From: Callorhinchus milii
Taxonomy: Eukaryota
Direction of reading: 5' to 3'
Length of the DNA stretch: 64,000 nucleotides
Assembly: GCF_018977255.1 (NCBI RefSeq)
Contig: NW_024704742.1
Coordinates: 40,116,001-40,180,000, forward strand
The notes under the pieces are model-generated. The model saw only the letters and a program-made list of their open reading frames with translations, searched no databases and was not told the origin of the DNA. Made by a program: the position numbers and the translations under genes. Of the stretch, positions 13,206-26,500 are shown piece after piece. Position 1 is the stretch's first letter; each line of letters starts with the position of its first letter.

Positions 13206-15759
13206 GTGCCGATTTTGCCCTCCTCCAACCTCCGACGTCTCCCCCAATCGTGAAAAGCTTCTGCCGCCAATGGCATGAAGGGTTTGACAAAAGCTTGAAA
13301 TACGGTAGTTGAGTTTTCACCAGTAATTATTACCCAAATAAAAGTACAATGTCTGGGTAACACTTTTATAAGTAACAAATACAGCATTTTGATTGTTATT
13401 AACGGTGAATTGCTATCAATTTGAAATGTTTTTTAACTGGCACAGGATAAAGCTTTTTCGGTTACCAGAATATTATGGCAGCTTTCTTCTGTTTCAGACA
13501 AGTTTATGGATTGAGTAACAATGCTATTCAAGATACACAAGATAACCTCCTCACTAACCCAAATACCTCATAAAAATGTTGCTAAAACTGCACAGTAAGC
13601 AGTTCAGTGAACCCGCAGACATTTGTACACAGTCTAGGTAGAGTGTGGCAGCCTTATTTGGAGTGTCTCTGTGAAATGTGACAAGCATATTATAAACTGT
13701 TAGCACTTTCAATAATTCAGCTTGACATGCAGCAGGTTTGTCTTAAACAACTAGAATAATAAAAACATCTGGCAATGCACCATGACATGCAAAAGTAGGG
13801 TCACTGAAAGTTAAAGGTATGCTTTCCTTGTAATATTCATGTGCACCACATAAATACCTCCATTTCAAAATATTGATTTAGTTACTACAGTATTCCTGAT
13901 ACTGGCCATGATACTGATCATGGCCAGATTAGCAATGATCATTCACAAGCATCTCATTCTTTAATAAAATAATAACCCTTGCATTTGATACAGTACCTTT
14001 CATGATGAGAGGACATTTCGAGGCACTTCACAGGATATATTGTATAGTATGGTTACTGTGTATGTTGTAGGCACTTTTGATGGTTATGTTTTTGAAATTA
14101 CCAACAGTTCACAGTGGTAATTATAGTCATTAATAATATAACATGATTACATTATGTTACATTATTTATAACTATTAATACGCATAACTTGGTGTTGTGC
14201 TCCGCCACAGACAAGCGCTCTGAGAAGCTACCCTGCGTGAGTGGCACTATATAAACGCAAGTAGTAGCAATTTCTACCAGCAGGGTGCAATTGCTGAGAA
14301 ACTTTATAAAAGAAGTTACGTTGGTGTTAATAATAATAATCCTTGCATTTGAGATAGCACCTTGTGACATTTTCAAGACATCTCGAAGCGCTTCACAGAA
14401 TATACTGTAAAATGAATTGACTGTATTTTTTGGGCGAAGTTACACTATTATTATGGAACAATTTAGTTGTTGGAAACCTGATTCCAAAATATTGATCCAG
14501 GCAATGGTAAGAGGTAAACAGGTTAATAGCTGTGCTATAAAGTCCAATAAAAAGTTCCTCCAATGGGCAAGTAAATTGAGACCTTAGGAATGAGATGTTA
14601 AACCTGATATCCTGTCTGCCTGCTCAGGTAGTCATTAAAGATCCAATGGCATTATTCAAAAAGAGGAGTTTCTTCCAAAATCCTGGCCAACAACCCTCCT
14701 CTAAATTCATTCACCTCTCGGCTGTTTGTGGATCATTGCTGTGCGCAAATTGTCTGCCATGTTTTGCGTACAAATGTACAGTCTCGATGCTTAACATTAA
14801 TTACTGTGAAATGCTTTGAGGCATTTTGACGTGATAGGATGCTATATCAAATGCAAGCATTATTATAAGGAACCACTTGGTACAACTCTGTGCCGCACAG
14901 TCTAGAGCAGATCGCAAGTTCAATTCCTGAATTGTGATTTCTGCTTCAACAAGCACCCTTCACACGTGTAGAGTCTCAGAGCACTTAACAGTGGCGGAGC
15001 TTGACACCGAGCTAGGGAGAGAGGGGAGCTTTGCCATAGACACGGTCAAAGAGAAAGATCTTTTGTTGGGACATTACAATAGGCCTCAACAACCAAAGCT
15101 TTTTTTTTTAAAAATCAGTAATTTAACATTTATTACTAATATTTTAACAAATCGACCACAATGATACAAATTAAATTTGAATACAAAAGTTTGGTCATTC
15201 AATCTATGACTGTTTGTGGGGCACTCCTGTGTGCAATTGGCTGCCACGTTTTGACTACAAAATATAGTCGGCTGTATTTGGGCTAAGGTACGGTTAGAGG
15301 CGGGTAATGTGGCGGAAGTGGAAGATGGGCAGGGACTGGATGTGGGGGAGGAATAAAAGCTGCGGGCCGAACTGGACGCCTAAATTGTGCACTGGTTTGG
15401 TGAGTGTGAGGGAGAGCCCAGGGAGGTTGAATCTACTTTCCAGTATATTCTGCAAAAGCTTTGAGAGATTTCAATGACTTGATACGGCGCTATATCAAAT
15501 GCAAGAATTATTATCTTTACCACGTCCTCACATATTTTTGTTCCTTTTCTGTCCACTGCAAAAACAAATTCACACCACATGATGGCGCTCTATACAGAAC
15601 TATTTCTCATATTTATTAACTATAACCTGAATAATCATCAACTAGGTCTGAAAGAAAACAGTATTTTCATGAGAAAAATATATTTCCCATTTTAAATTTT
15701 GAAATCAACATTTTATGTTGTACTGATAAGATTGATGTACATATACAGATATGTAGCCA

Positions 15760-16178
15760 CAGGGGTTAGCCTGGCTCAATATATCAGAAAGTTGTGGGTT
15801 CAAGCCCCACATCAGGAAAGCTCAGTCTAGGATTACACTCCAATGCAATGCTAAGAAAGCACTTAATCATTGGCGGTGCCATCCTTCGGATGAGACCTTA
15901 AACTATGGCCTCATCTGCCTGTTCAGGTGAATGTTAAAGATCCTATAACTATTCAAGAAGGTAACAGGATAACAGATTAGTGACCTGGATACCAAATTTG
16001 CTAGATAAAATTGGTCATTCACTTAATGTCTACTTGTGGGTCATTATTGTGTGAAACTGGCTGCTGTGATTATCTACCAAAATAGATGGTCACTGCATTT
16101 TAGAGTAAATCCAGTGAATGCTTTGAGTCTTTTCAATGCTTCAATAAGGTGCTATGTTAAATGGGAGGAATATTATTT
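15760..16178 (+). mobile_element. Deu-domain SINE (AmnSINE1/SacSINE1-like), decayed
   Basis: GGTGCCATCCTTCGGATGAGACCTTAAACTATGGCCTCATCTGCCTGTTCAGGTGAATGTTAAAGATCC Deu core, a tRNA-like head (GTGGGTTCAAGCCCCAC) and an L2-type tail. Related pieces lie at ~14590-14870, ~33700-34070 and ~53790-54080. Confidence 0.75.
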
Positions 16179-18169
16179 TATAAAATGAAAAGTGAACATT
16201 TTGATACTGTTACAAAACAAGAGAACTAGCTTTCAAAGCTAATATCAAATTATATAGTGATCCAGTATTGTTCAATTTTACAATATGGAATGCTTAAGGG
16301 AATGTTTACTGGCATTACTTTTGTTTGTCAAACTAATCCAAGTAAGTGCACAATGTGCAAAGTAAGCTACCTAAAAAGGGAAGGAGGCCATTCAGAGCCT
16401 GTTCTTGTGATCTCACGTTTTGGCTGTAATTCATTAATGACCCTTGTATTTCATAATAACATCACATTTGAAATGCCTCATAGTGCTTCATAGAATTTTT
16501 GATAAATTGTAGTGACTATGTATTTGTAGAGGAACTCAACAGCAATTGGCTAATTACATAATTTAATGGCACTTGTAATTCCCATGGTTAGCATAGGCCA
16601 TACATTAGACCCCGGTGTTTGGATTCCAGTAGGAATTGCACTATAAACCGTATGTTGTCAATGTCCAAGGATTCTCTAGGTCCAATAGTAAAAAGTGATG
16701 GCATTTTTGAAATCTGATTCCCCCAGATAGGTAAATACATAAGGGTAGATTCAGAGGCATGGATTACAGTGCAAATAAGCATAGTGTATTACTAAAGTCA
16801 ACAAACAGGTTATTCCACCCTTTCTCCGTTTGAAATTGAATTTAATTTTCTTGATATTTTTGCTACCCATTAGCTCATACATTACCACTTCAGAGACTTG
16901 AAAAAAATCATTAAATGTTTAATAACCCTTTCCCTGTTGAAATTGAACTGACTCCCACTTCTTCATCACAAATAACATGCCAATGAGCAGAATTCTGCAT
17001 TTGCTAACGTTAACCTATTCAATGAATTGCTATTATTTAAATGTTATTTAGTATTCACTACCATTCCCCCCAAATGAATTAGAATTATCCAGCTCACCCA
17101 CCTTCTTGTATTGAATAGTGGTGACCCATCTTCTGTCGATTGTACAGCACAGAAACAGACCATTCAGCTCCTCTCGTCTGGGCTGGATTTATAATCCATA
17201 CGAGTCTCCTCCCATTGCTTACTCCATACTAAACTATGCTATTCCCTTCCTTCATGTGTACATTTAGCTTCCTCTTAAATGCATCTGTGTTGTCTGAAAA
17301 TACTATCATTGCATGTTTAAATAGGTTCAATCACATTACTCACCACCTCTACTGTATCTTCATAGTACTAAACTGACACAGCATTATTTCAGCCAGGCAG
17401 AGGATGCGTAAACAGGACATAGGTTTACTTTCTGAAGCCCAACCTAAAATCAGCATTTGGTATTACATTAGCAGATGAGAGTTTTCATCTCATCTAAAAT
17501 GCCATGGCACAGCCAAATGAAGACTTAAGTATCTGTTTTAAAAATAAACCACTCTAAGTAACTGTCAAAGCTATGAAATGTCACTGCGTTAACAGGAACT
17601 GTGTAAATTATCAGTTAAAATAGGTGAAATAGCCAATAGATTGGAGTAATTCTAGCTCATACGATTTCAATTTTTTAAAAAAATTAAACAAAGTAACATT
17701 TAATGAGTTTTATTGATCAGCTGAAAAATGTAATTATAAAAGACATCCTTGTAAGACACAGCGTAGCTTGTAATGCTCAACTACCACGGTTATCAAATTG
17801 CACATTAAATTCATAAGCACTATCACTATTTGGGAGGAACATCATGATTTATAAATAGAACAGATTGTCCAGTGTCAGTTTAAAGATGTTACTGGTTTGA
17901 ACTTTCAGATTATTCGAAAGCCAATTGGAAGCCCATATCCATTTGTCATTCACTTTCTCAGAGTTAAATATACACAACACACTCAACCGCATCAACTTCC
18001 TAGTTTCAATAGAGAAAGCAGCAAGCTAGAGGAATTGTTTACTGGGGAAGTTATCTAGAGATGTTGAAACACAAGAGAAGAATGACAGTTTAGAAGCATA
18101 ACAAACTAAATGTTGAAGGACACAAGGTCCATCCTTTTCTCGTATTCTCCATCTCTGCCACTACTGGCA

Positions 18170-18489
18170 GTCCTGTAGCTCAGTGGTTAGAGCACTCGCT
18201 TTGCAAGTGAGAGACCTGAGTTCAATTCCAGGCAGAGGGCGAAACCTTGGGCAAGTTTCCTTACTCCACACGCCTAATAATAATCCCTCCAAAAAAACAA
18301 AAACAATAATAAATTGGTCATTTTTAATCTATGACTGTTTGTGGGACATTGCTGTGCGCAATTGGCTGCCGCGTTCGCCCGCAAATATAGTCAATTCACT
18401 TTACAGTGTGTTCTGTGAAGCGCTTTGGGACGTCCTCCCGACGTGAAAAGCGCTATATCAAATGCAAGGATTATTATTATTATTATTAT
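18170..18489 (+). mobile_element. tRNA(Ala)-derived SINE with 8-bp TSD
   Basis: GTAGCTCAGTGGTTAGAGCACTCGCTTTGCAAGTGAGAGACCTGAGTTCAATTCC (TGC anticodon loop) and a (TTA)n tail. TACTGGCA is duplicated at 18162-18169 and 18490-18497. Confidence 0.92.
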
Positions 18490-20229
18490 TACTGGCATAG
18501 GAAATGGTAACAAACACTATGCATCTCTCAAGGGTGTGTGGGTGGAAGTGGTGAAACAAGAAACAATACACATATAGTACCAGGTACGTTGTTTACTTTC
18601 CAGTATTGGTGAGTAATAGCAGGATACAAAGAAGAAAGGAACAAGCTCACCTTCCTCAATCACAGTTGATGTGCAGCCCAAAATATATATACTGTATACT
18701 TGTGCTCAAAATAACAATAAAATGGGGATGAGGGGAGAAGCACTCTGTGAGTGTTCCAGAGATAGGAACTGAATGGATAGGGAAGATAGGTTAATCTTCT
18801 ATGCAAAGTTACAATAGTGAGGAAGAAACAAGAGGGAGCACAGGGCATTGGACAAGAGCCAGCCAAAGTAGCCAAGGAGACAAGTGCTGGAATGCTCTTG
18901 AACATTTCAATCGCTGAAAACTACTGTGGGATTGGGGATTAGGATTTGTAATGTAGCACATTTAATGATGGGACAGACTGTTTTCTGTCACCTTACTGAC
19001 TATGATATAGTCAGTTGCTGTGACAGTCAAGTAGATTGCCTTAGAGATTGGTCAACACCACTGGCAGATACCATTATGGCACCAATGCATTCATTGCCTT
19101 CATTCCAGTGGATATCTATCCCCATCCCTGCAAGACATGACAGGGGAAAGAAAAGACCATTACCAGTAGCAAACCATATGAAAGAAATTCAAGGTGTTGA
19201 TACTTAAAACAAACACTTGATCCTGATAGAGGGTATAAGACTCTTGTATTGTGCAGATTGCAAGATAAAACAGAGTTCAAAAAAACCAAAAGAATCAAGT
19301 ATGTGTTTAATAGATCAACAGTGCAAGTAATTGCCTGCACAACAAAATCCACTGTACAACTATTTACATCTTTGCTGATTCGATATATAAAATCATTTTG
19401 AACTGAATTTCAATTCAAACCTTTCAAACGTTAAAGCAAAGATCATTTCATTAAGTAGACGGCCTGTTTGCCTACAAAAACAGGCACTACATTTTACAGT
19501 AATTACTGTGAAGTGCTTTGAGACGGATATAAAGCACTATACAAATAAAAATTCTTCAGATCTGCAGTACATAGAGATCTTAATTTAATAACTAAATTTC
19601 TAAAAAGTCAGAGGCTATTTCCTTCTGTCCCCCCCCCCCAAACAATACGTTTGGTGCAAGCCTCCAAATTATTTAAGCAAAAATATTTTCATCAAGTGAG
19701 TTCACATGTGATCATACTGCAGGAGAATCTGGAGTGGTTTAGATACAAATCCCAAACATGGAACAGACTTTGTGCACATTTTAAATTGTTAAACCATTTA
19801 CTATAAATGTAGCAACACTGATCATAGTGCCAGGAATGAGTGGTTTCAATATCAACCCCAAAACATGGAATACACCTTTGGTGCATATTTTACACTATTA
19901 AACCATTTACTTATACTATAAAGGTAGCAATACTGTTCAGGAATAAGCATTGTGCAGAGGAAATGTAGAATGAAATGTCTACAGCAGCAGACATGGTGAG
20001 TTGGGGGAGGAAACAAAAAAAAATCAACAAATAGAAAGTGAGATGATGCGATTGAAACAGTTGCACCCACTAATAAACACCATTTACAGCTCAATTACAC
20101 ATCAGGTAATTGTTACAGAAGCTGCATCACAAAAATTAGAGCACTTTTCCTTTAAAAAAAAATGGAGTTTTTGCTTACATCAGCACCCAAAATGTGAGCC
20201 TGAAATCAGCCAACAGTTAAGAGGATATT

Positions 20230-20533
20230 TTACTGAAACCTCTGCCTGGCTTTCTCCCTTTTCTGATTCCAGTAATCATCTCTAGACGATGTAGCGTTGT
20301 CAAGATCAGCACTTCTTCCTTTCTTGCTGACCTTTCTGGGTCTCTCAGCAGATCCTGCCGTTGGATTTCCATCCTCGGGTTTCACTTTTTGTGCAGAAGT
20401 ACAAGTGTCATCTTGTACCATTCGTCTTAAAATACTCAGATTTGATTCATAACGAGACCGTATGCTTTTCTTTATGACATCCACAATATGGACATCACAA
20501 TCAAACAAGACCTTTACAAATTCCAAGTATGCT
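20230..20533 (-). CDS. STC2: Stanniocalcin exon 4 (terminal coding exon)
   Basis: Acceptor ttcttttttcaacAG-type tract; reads (G)AYLEFVKVLFDCDVHIVDVIKKSIRSRYESNLSILRRMVQDDTCTSAQK...RQRFQ*, matching STC1 YYNRLVRSLLECDEDTV...ILQTDHC and STC2 ...FCTSAIQK. Confidence 0.9.
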
Positions 20534-23500
20534 CTGTTGAAAAAGAATTTTATATAAAAAAAGTTAGGTTCTACGGATCTTTGTAATTCATCCAGTACCC
20601 TTGAGAGAAAAACAAACGGTACATGTTCATAAAGCCCATGTTCTAAGGAAAGATGTAATGCAAGGATTAGGTACAAGATTCATAATATGAATGTACAAAA
20701 GAAACTAATCTTCAGGCAAATTTAAATAACTTGCAATTATAAAGCACCCTTCATGTAGGGTAACGTCTCAGACTGCTACAAAATGGGGTTGGATGCCAAA
20801 GAAAAATAGGAGGAGGGAGATGGGGAAGGTGACTATAGACATGATTGAAGAGAATAGGTTTTTAGGATTTAAAGATAAAGAGAAATAAAGACAGAAGGGT
20901 TAGAGGGAGATAGTTCCAGAGGTTGGGGGCATTGTAGCATAAAGCTCGGCCATTGGTGGTGTCAGAGAGAGCGGGGACATGCACCAGGTCTGGTGAGCGA
21001 CAGGAAGCAAGCAGAGGAGTGGAGAAGGCAATCACATTCAGACATTTGGAACTTGTTACTACTGCTTTTTACAGCTTCTAAATACTCCATAACACAGCAC
21101 ATTGAAAATATAATGTAGTCTCCTATATAATCGCAGTCACCTCTATCCAAGGTGCCTTCCTTCAGTCCAATGTAGGAACAAGGACCTTAACTTTATACAT
21201 TGCTTTGTTCCTAACTGTTCCTCTGTTGACTTGAAATTACTATTATGGAGGCCCAGAGCTTGATTAGTACTTCACTGCCGTGCTGCCATCAAAACCAATA
21301 TTTTTAAAGACTGATGAAGTTTCAACCCTAAAATGTTTTGATTTATTTTAAGGAGCTAGAAGTTTAAGATCAATTAACCTAATAAAATAAATACTGACTT
21401 GTATTATTGGCCAGATTTGCTTATTTCAGAGTAGCAAGTATTATATGGACAGACAAATATTTACTGCTGCACTGTAAAAATATTTAAAATTCCTACAAGC
21501 TTTAGTATAATTATATTGAAATGCAAATCCATACAAATAAAAAGTCTGTCCAACTGCCCTGCAATCATCAAATGGTAACATTTTATTTCCTCCAAGAAAG
21601 TTTAACAGTGGTAGTATCTAACTAGTCTAAAACTAATTTCCAAATTAAGAATTTCCAAAATGTTGCATTTCTTCAATGACAGTCTTAAAGCTAATATTCG
21701 GAGGATATCGAGACTGAGTTTTAATGTGCTGAGCATGTTATCTTCTGGAAACTTCAGCATTAGAAGAGCAATACCAGTTTCATTCTGGACGACACAGATT
21801 TCCAATTGCTAAAGAGAATATTGATATTACATTCCGTAAAGAGCCCAGTTTATAAAAATGCATCGCAGTTAACTCATCTTGGTAGTAATAATAATCCTCG
21901 CATTTGATATAGTGCCTTATCACGTCATTGAGATGTATCAAAGCGCTTCACAGGATGCACTGTAAAGTGGATTGACTGTATTTTGTGTGCAAAACGCGGT
22001 AGCCAGCTGTGCAAGCAGTGTCCCACAAACAGCCATGCAATGAGCGACCAATTTTATTTGGAGGATTCTCTTAAAGGGGCAGCACCCATTAATTCCAGCT
22101 GAATCAGAGGATAAACAAAATGTGTTCCTAAAATAAGTTATCAGCTCTCTTTAGATCGATGACATGCAGCTTTAATCCAACAGCTAAGGAGCCATGATTC
22201 GGAACCCCAAATGGTGAATATAGTGACACCTGTAACAGGTTCAGGTGGAGGCTTAAGTTGGACCCAGGCTTCCCAGGGTTGTGGAGGAGAAAACCTGCTC
22301 CTATTCCTTTACAGCACCCTCTACTGGTTGTACACGTGTGTGGCAGCCTGGTGGGGAAACTGCAGGCTCAGCTGTGATACTCTGGTCAGGGAACTGTTGA
22401 TACTCACTGCAAAGGCTCACACATCAGCAATGGCCACTTGGGACAGGGCACCAGAGGCTGATAAGCAATTGGGAAACCGCACCCTAGCAACAAGCCAGAC
22501 CAGGAGCAGAGGGGAGAACATTTGCCAACGGAGAGAATTTTAAAAATTGGACACATTAAATTGATTTAAAAAACTATAATTTTGGTCTTAGTCTAGGCAG
22601 GCACAGATGTTCTGCCTTCAAAGCTGGGTAAACTGGCCTTCCCCCATGAGCAACCATTAACGATTGCTTGAAATGCTGGTTAAGGAATGCTCAGCATTTG
22701 GAACACTCAGCATTGAATTTCACACTTTGCTATTTGCCAGGCACTGTGGAATCAGCTCAGAGGAACACTTTATGTACAAATGAAGGCAAAGGCCTTAAAG
22801 ATTTCTCTCTCACTTTCTCCTCTTCTCGTTCTCTTCCTCCCCAACGCCAAAATGGCATAAGGTGAGCTAATGAGAGAAAGGTGCACTTCTGATCTTTTGC
22901 TGAAGACTTCTTTCCCCCATTCTGTATCAAACCACCATGAGAAAAGCACCTCATTTACACAATCTACTCTGAAAAATATAGGAGGTGATACATGCGAGTT
23001 ATGGGAACATGAGACAGGATGTCTAACCGGGGCCTAAATGTTTCCTATAAAATTTGGAATCGCAATATGAGCTCTTCAAAATGTTTATAAAAGGTATTGT
23101 TTAAAAAATATTCAAGTCATAATGAAAAAACATAGCATGGTTATCTGGTAGCACAGTTTAGGCAGGTACAGTTGATATGATAAGTTAACTCCAATATATA
23201 GTTTTGTTGGGGACTTAATCTAAGAATGAAAGATGCATTTCTCTAGACTGTAGATGACCCAGTATGTACTTACCCATTTAACAGCAGATCATGTAAGTCA
23301 ATCATTTCTGCAAAAGCATTTACATTATCATGTGCTATGGCACAGATGTCAAAGTTCTGGTAACAATCCTTCTGCAGTTCAGAAAGGATTTCCTGTATTA
23401 CTGAACATCTGCGAATATTACAGCTGAATCTTGACTTAATCCCATTAGCATTACACTTCAGGAAGTCTTTGATAAACAGTTTTCCCTATTAAAAAAAGAA

Positions 23501-26500
23501 AAAAGTTTTAATAACTGCATCCTTCAAACCCACAAGTTAATTACTTTATATGCAAATATGCTTATTTATGTTATATCTTTGTATACTGATTTGCTGAATC
23601 CATTATTTGTCTATCTAACGAATCAAACTTAAGTTTGCAAATCTCCATAATCATACTGGTGCAAAGTACAGTATTTACATTCAGGTCAGTTCTCAGATTT
23701 ACATAGTGATACAGTACGGAAACAGACTATTTGGCCTAACCGATCCACCCCAGCGTTTATACTCCACACCTATTCCTCTCTCCTATATTCCTCTATTTTT
23801 TTCTCTCTTATGTATGCATAATTCTAACCAATACCTATGTACCAACAAGACTTTTGACCGCCAAATAGTTGTGTTGCCTGTATACACATTGGCATTGCGA
23901 TCTCCTGTATTCTTGGGAGGCAGGAACATTTCTTTCTTATTTTACTGATTTTAACATTTGGGATTTGGATTCAAGCCACCCACATGTGGACGATTCCTCT
24001 TTTTGTGCAGTTGGTGTCGCTTGAAAGAACACAAAGGGAACAGAAGTCAGGAGAGCTTTTTGTTTATGCACCAATCAGAGAGAGGAAAACTTGATAAGCA
24101 AGTCTGTCTAGTTTCAAAACAGAAGACAGCAGGGCAAGTTAAAATCTCTGCCTAGTGCACCGAGTACGACACAGTGCAATGTTCCCCAGGCTGTAAGTGA
24201 CCAGAGTTAGCACATTATCATGAGGATACAAAGAGACAAAGAGAAAGGACCCAGTGATTTTTTTCCGGGGATGAGATGGGGGTGGGTGATAAAGGGAAGA
24301 GTAGTTTTAGGGGAAAAAAATCACTCTGATTGCTCTTACACTTAAGTGCACAATATTAGTCAATAATGCTCTGGCCTGGGGACACCAAGAAAGACTGCCA
24401 AATTTAACGCTTTCTGAGGAAGGGAGGGAAGATGTTTCAGATAGGCTAAAACTTATGTTTAGTAGTTTTTCTAGAAAAAACAAAACCATTGCAAGAATCT
24501 AAAAACTGTCAGAACATCCATCTTTGGCAATGTAAACAATTCAAATTCACAAATAAATTTACATTACATGACAAACCCGGTTTTACGGGGACTCAACCCA
24601 GCTCACACAAGAGCAAATTCCAAACCTTAGTGCAGTTTATGAAAGAAATCTCCTGTGCTGTATGTTAAAGAGAACCACTCTTTAATTTGGGCCCTAGTTA
24701 GACTTTAGATAGGATTATCTCAGAGGATTATTCAGCCTCTCAGCCCCTAGGCTCTGGAACTCTATCCCCCAGTGCCTTCACCTTGCCTCCTCCCTTTCCT
24801 CCTTCAAGGCTGGTCTCAAGACCTTTCTCTTTGACCGTGCCTTCAGCTCCCCTCTCGACTCTCTACCGCCTCCTCCCTTCCCTCCCCTCACCCTGACCAT
24901 TTCGCCCCTGCTCGGGTCCTGACCCAACTGTACAGCGCCTTGGGACGTCCTCCCGACGTGAAAGGCGCTCTATAAATGGAATCTTGTTGTTGTTGATTAG
25001 TTTATTTGAATTATTTACTTTGCTTTAAACATCCAACTCTTATTTCCTTCAAGTCCTGCCTCAAGACCCTCCTTTTCAACCATGCCATCAGTCAACCCGC
25101 TTCCCCTCCCCTCTCCCCCCATAACCCCAGCTCTGGTCTGAAATGCTGTACACTGTCCAGCTCCTTGGGACGTCCTCCCGATGTGAAACGGCTATACAAG
25201 TGTAATCTTGTTGTTGTTAAAAAAGATTGCTGCAGCACTATACATGGATAGTACAGTATTTTGGTTAGATCCACCAGCCCCTCTCATCCCCCGATGATGA
25301 ACTGCCATGTGAGAAAGCTTCAGAGAATGCCAGAAGCGGCAGGAGGCAGCTCAATTTGATGGCTAACATGCATTAAAACAATTCAAACGGTAGATGGTTT
25401 CATTAAATCTGAGCTTCAGGAGGACTGGAGATCCAAAACATATCGTTACTTTGCACTTACTAAAAGAAAGCCTAGATGCATGGTTTCCTTTTGCTCAGGA
25501 AAGTAGAATTGATATTCTGCCATTTCCCATCTCCCTTGGCATACACCTTGGCATTAATCATTTTCTAAATCTTAGTGACTGAAGCAGAAGTCGTCTGGGG
25601 TTAAGAGTGTGCAAGCTGACCACTTTTAAAGAAATTACCAATAATATAGTTGTACAAACATTTCAAGAAATACATTTTACTGAATATTTGAATCAACAAT
25701 TGAGAGTGGATTTCCCAATTTCAAATGACATCAAAACAACTTGATTTATCTGTATTCCTTATACTCTCCATTTTGTCTTTAAAACTGCAGTGAGATCATA
25801 ATACTATAGGTAGATCTGGATTATATGTTAACCATAATTATAGAAGGGAGGCAGTATGAAAGATCACCCTAATTCTTCATGCAACATAATTTAACCCCCT
25901 TGGCAGGAGGGAAGGTAAAGTGCGGTTGAACTTGCTTGGCAACTGAATTCAGTAAACTCTGTGTCACGGTCTTGGCTGTCCGGTTCCTGAGCCAAGTGGA
26001 CATGTAGTACTCCGAGGCACTGCTGATGATAGAACAGCCAGCGTGGCTCATCATCAGGACTGGGGAGGGGCAGACTCATCACTAGATGTAGGGCTCCTGT
26101 TAATACTGGTCACCCCCACTTGTCCTTCACTGTCCGGTGCCTTATTGTTGTTGTTGTTGCCTTGTTGTTGTCCGAGCTAGACAAGCAGTGGGAAATTTGC
26201 CAGGCACTGGGAAACTTGACAGACAGTGCTCTCAATGGCTAGCTATGTTGTTTTGGGTGATTAAACTCCAGCAGTACTCCAACACAGACTCTTGGGTCCC
26301 CAAGACTTGGATCTTGCCAACCAGCACCTAACACTCTCCTAAATGGAGTAAGCAGAGTGCATTCTCCAGGAAAGGAGTACACATTCCATTCCAGACACAG
26401 GGAAATTTCCATGTGCAGGTTATACATGTATGTGGAACTCCCAGGCTTGTTTATATACTCGAAAACATGGTGATGGGTTCCCATATTTGCCAGACACCTA

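Noticed and set aside
18170..18240. tRNA-Ala-like sequence (also at 7319, 11514 and 6900-6972)
   Set aside because: These are SINE heads followed by SINE body, tail and TSD, not tRNA genes.
21602..21810. 67-aa minus-strand ORF with an upstream acceptor-like AG inside stanniocalcin intron 3
   Set aside because: No stanniocalcin similarity. In the phase-2 frame required after exon 3 it stops within ~15 codons, and exon 3 joins exon 4 cleanly.
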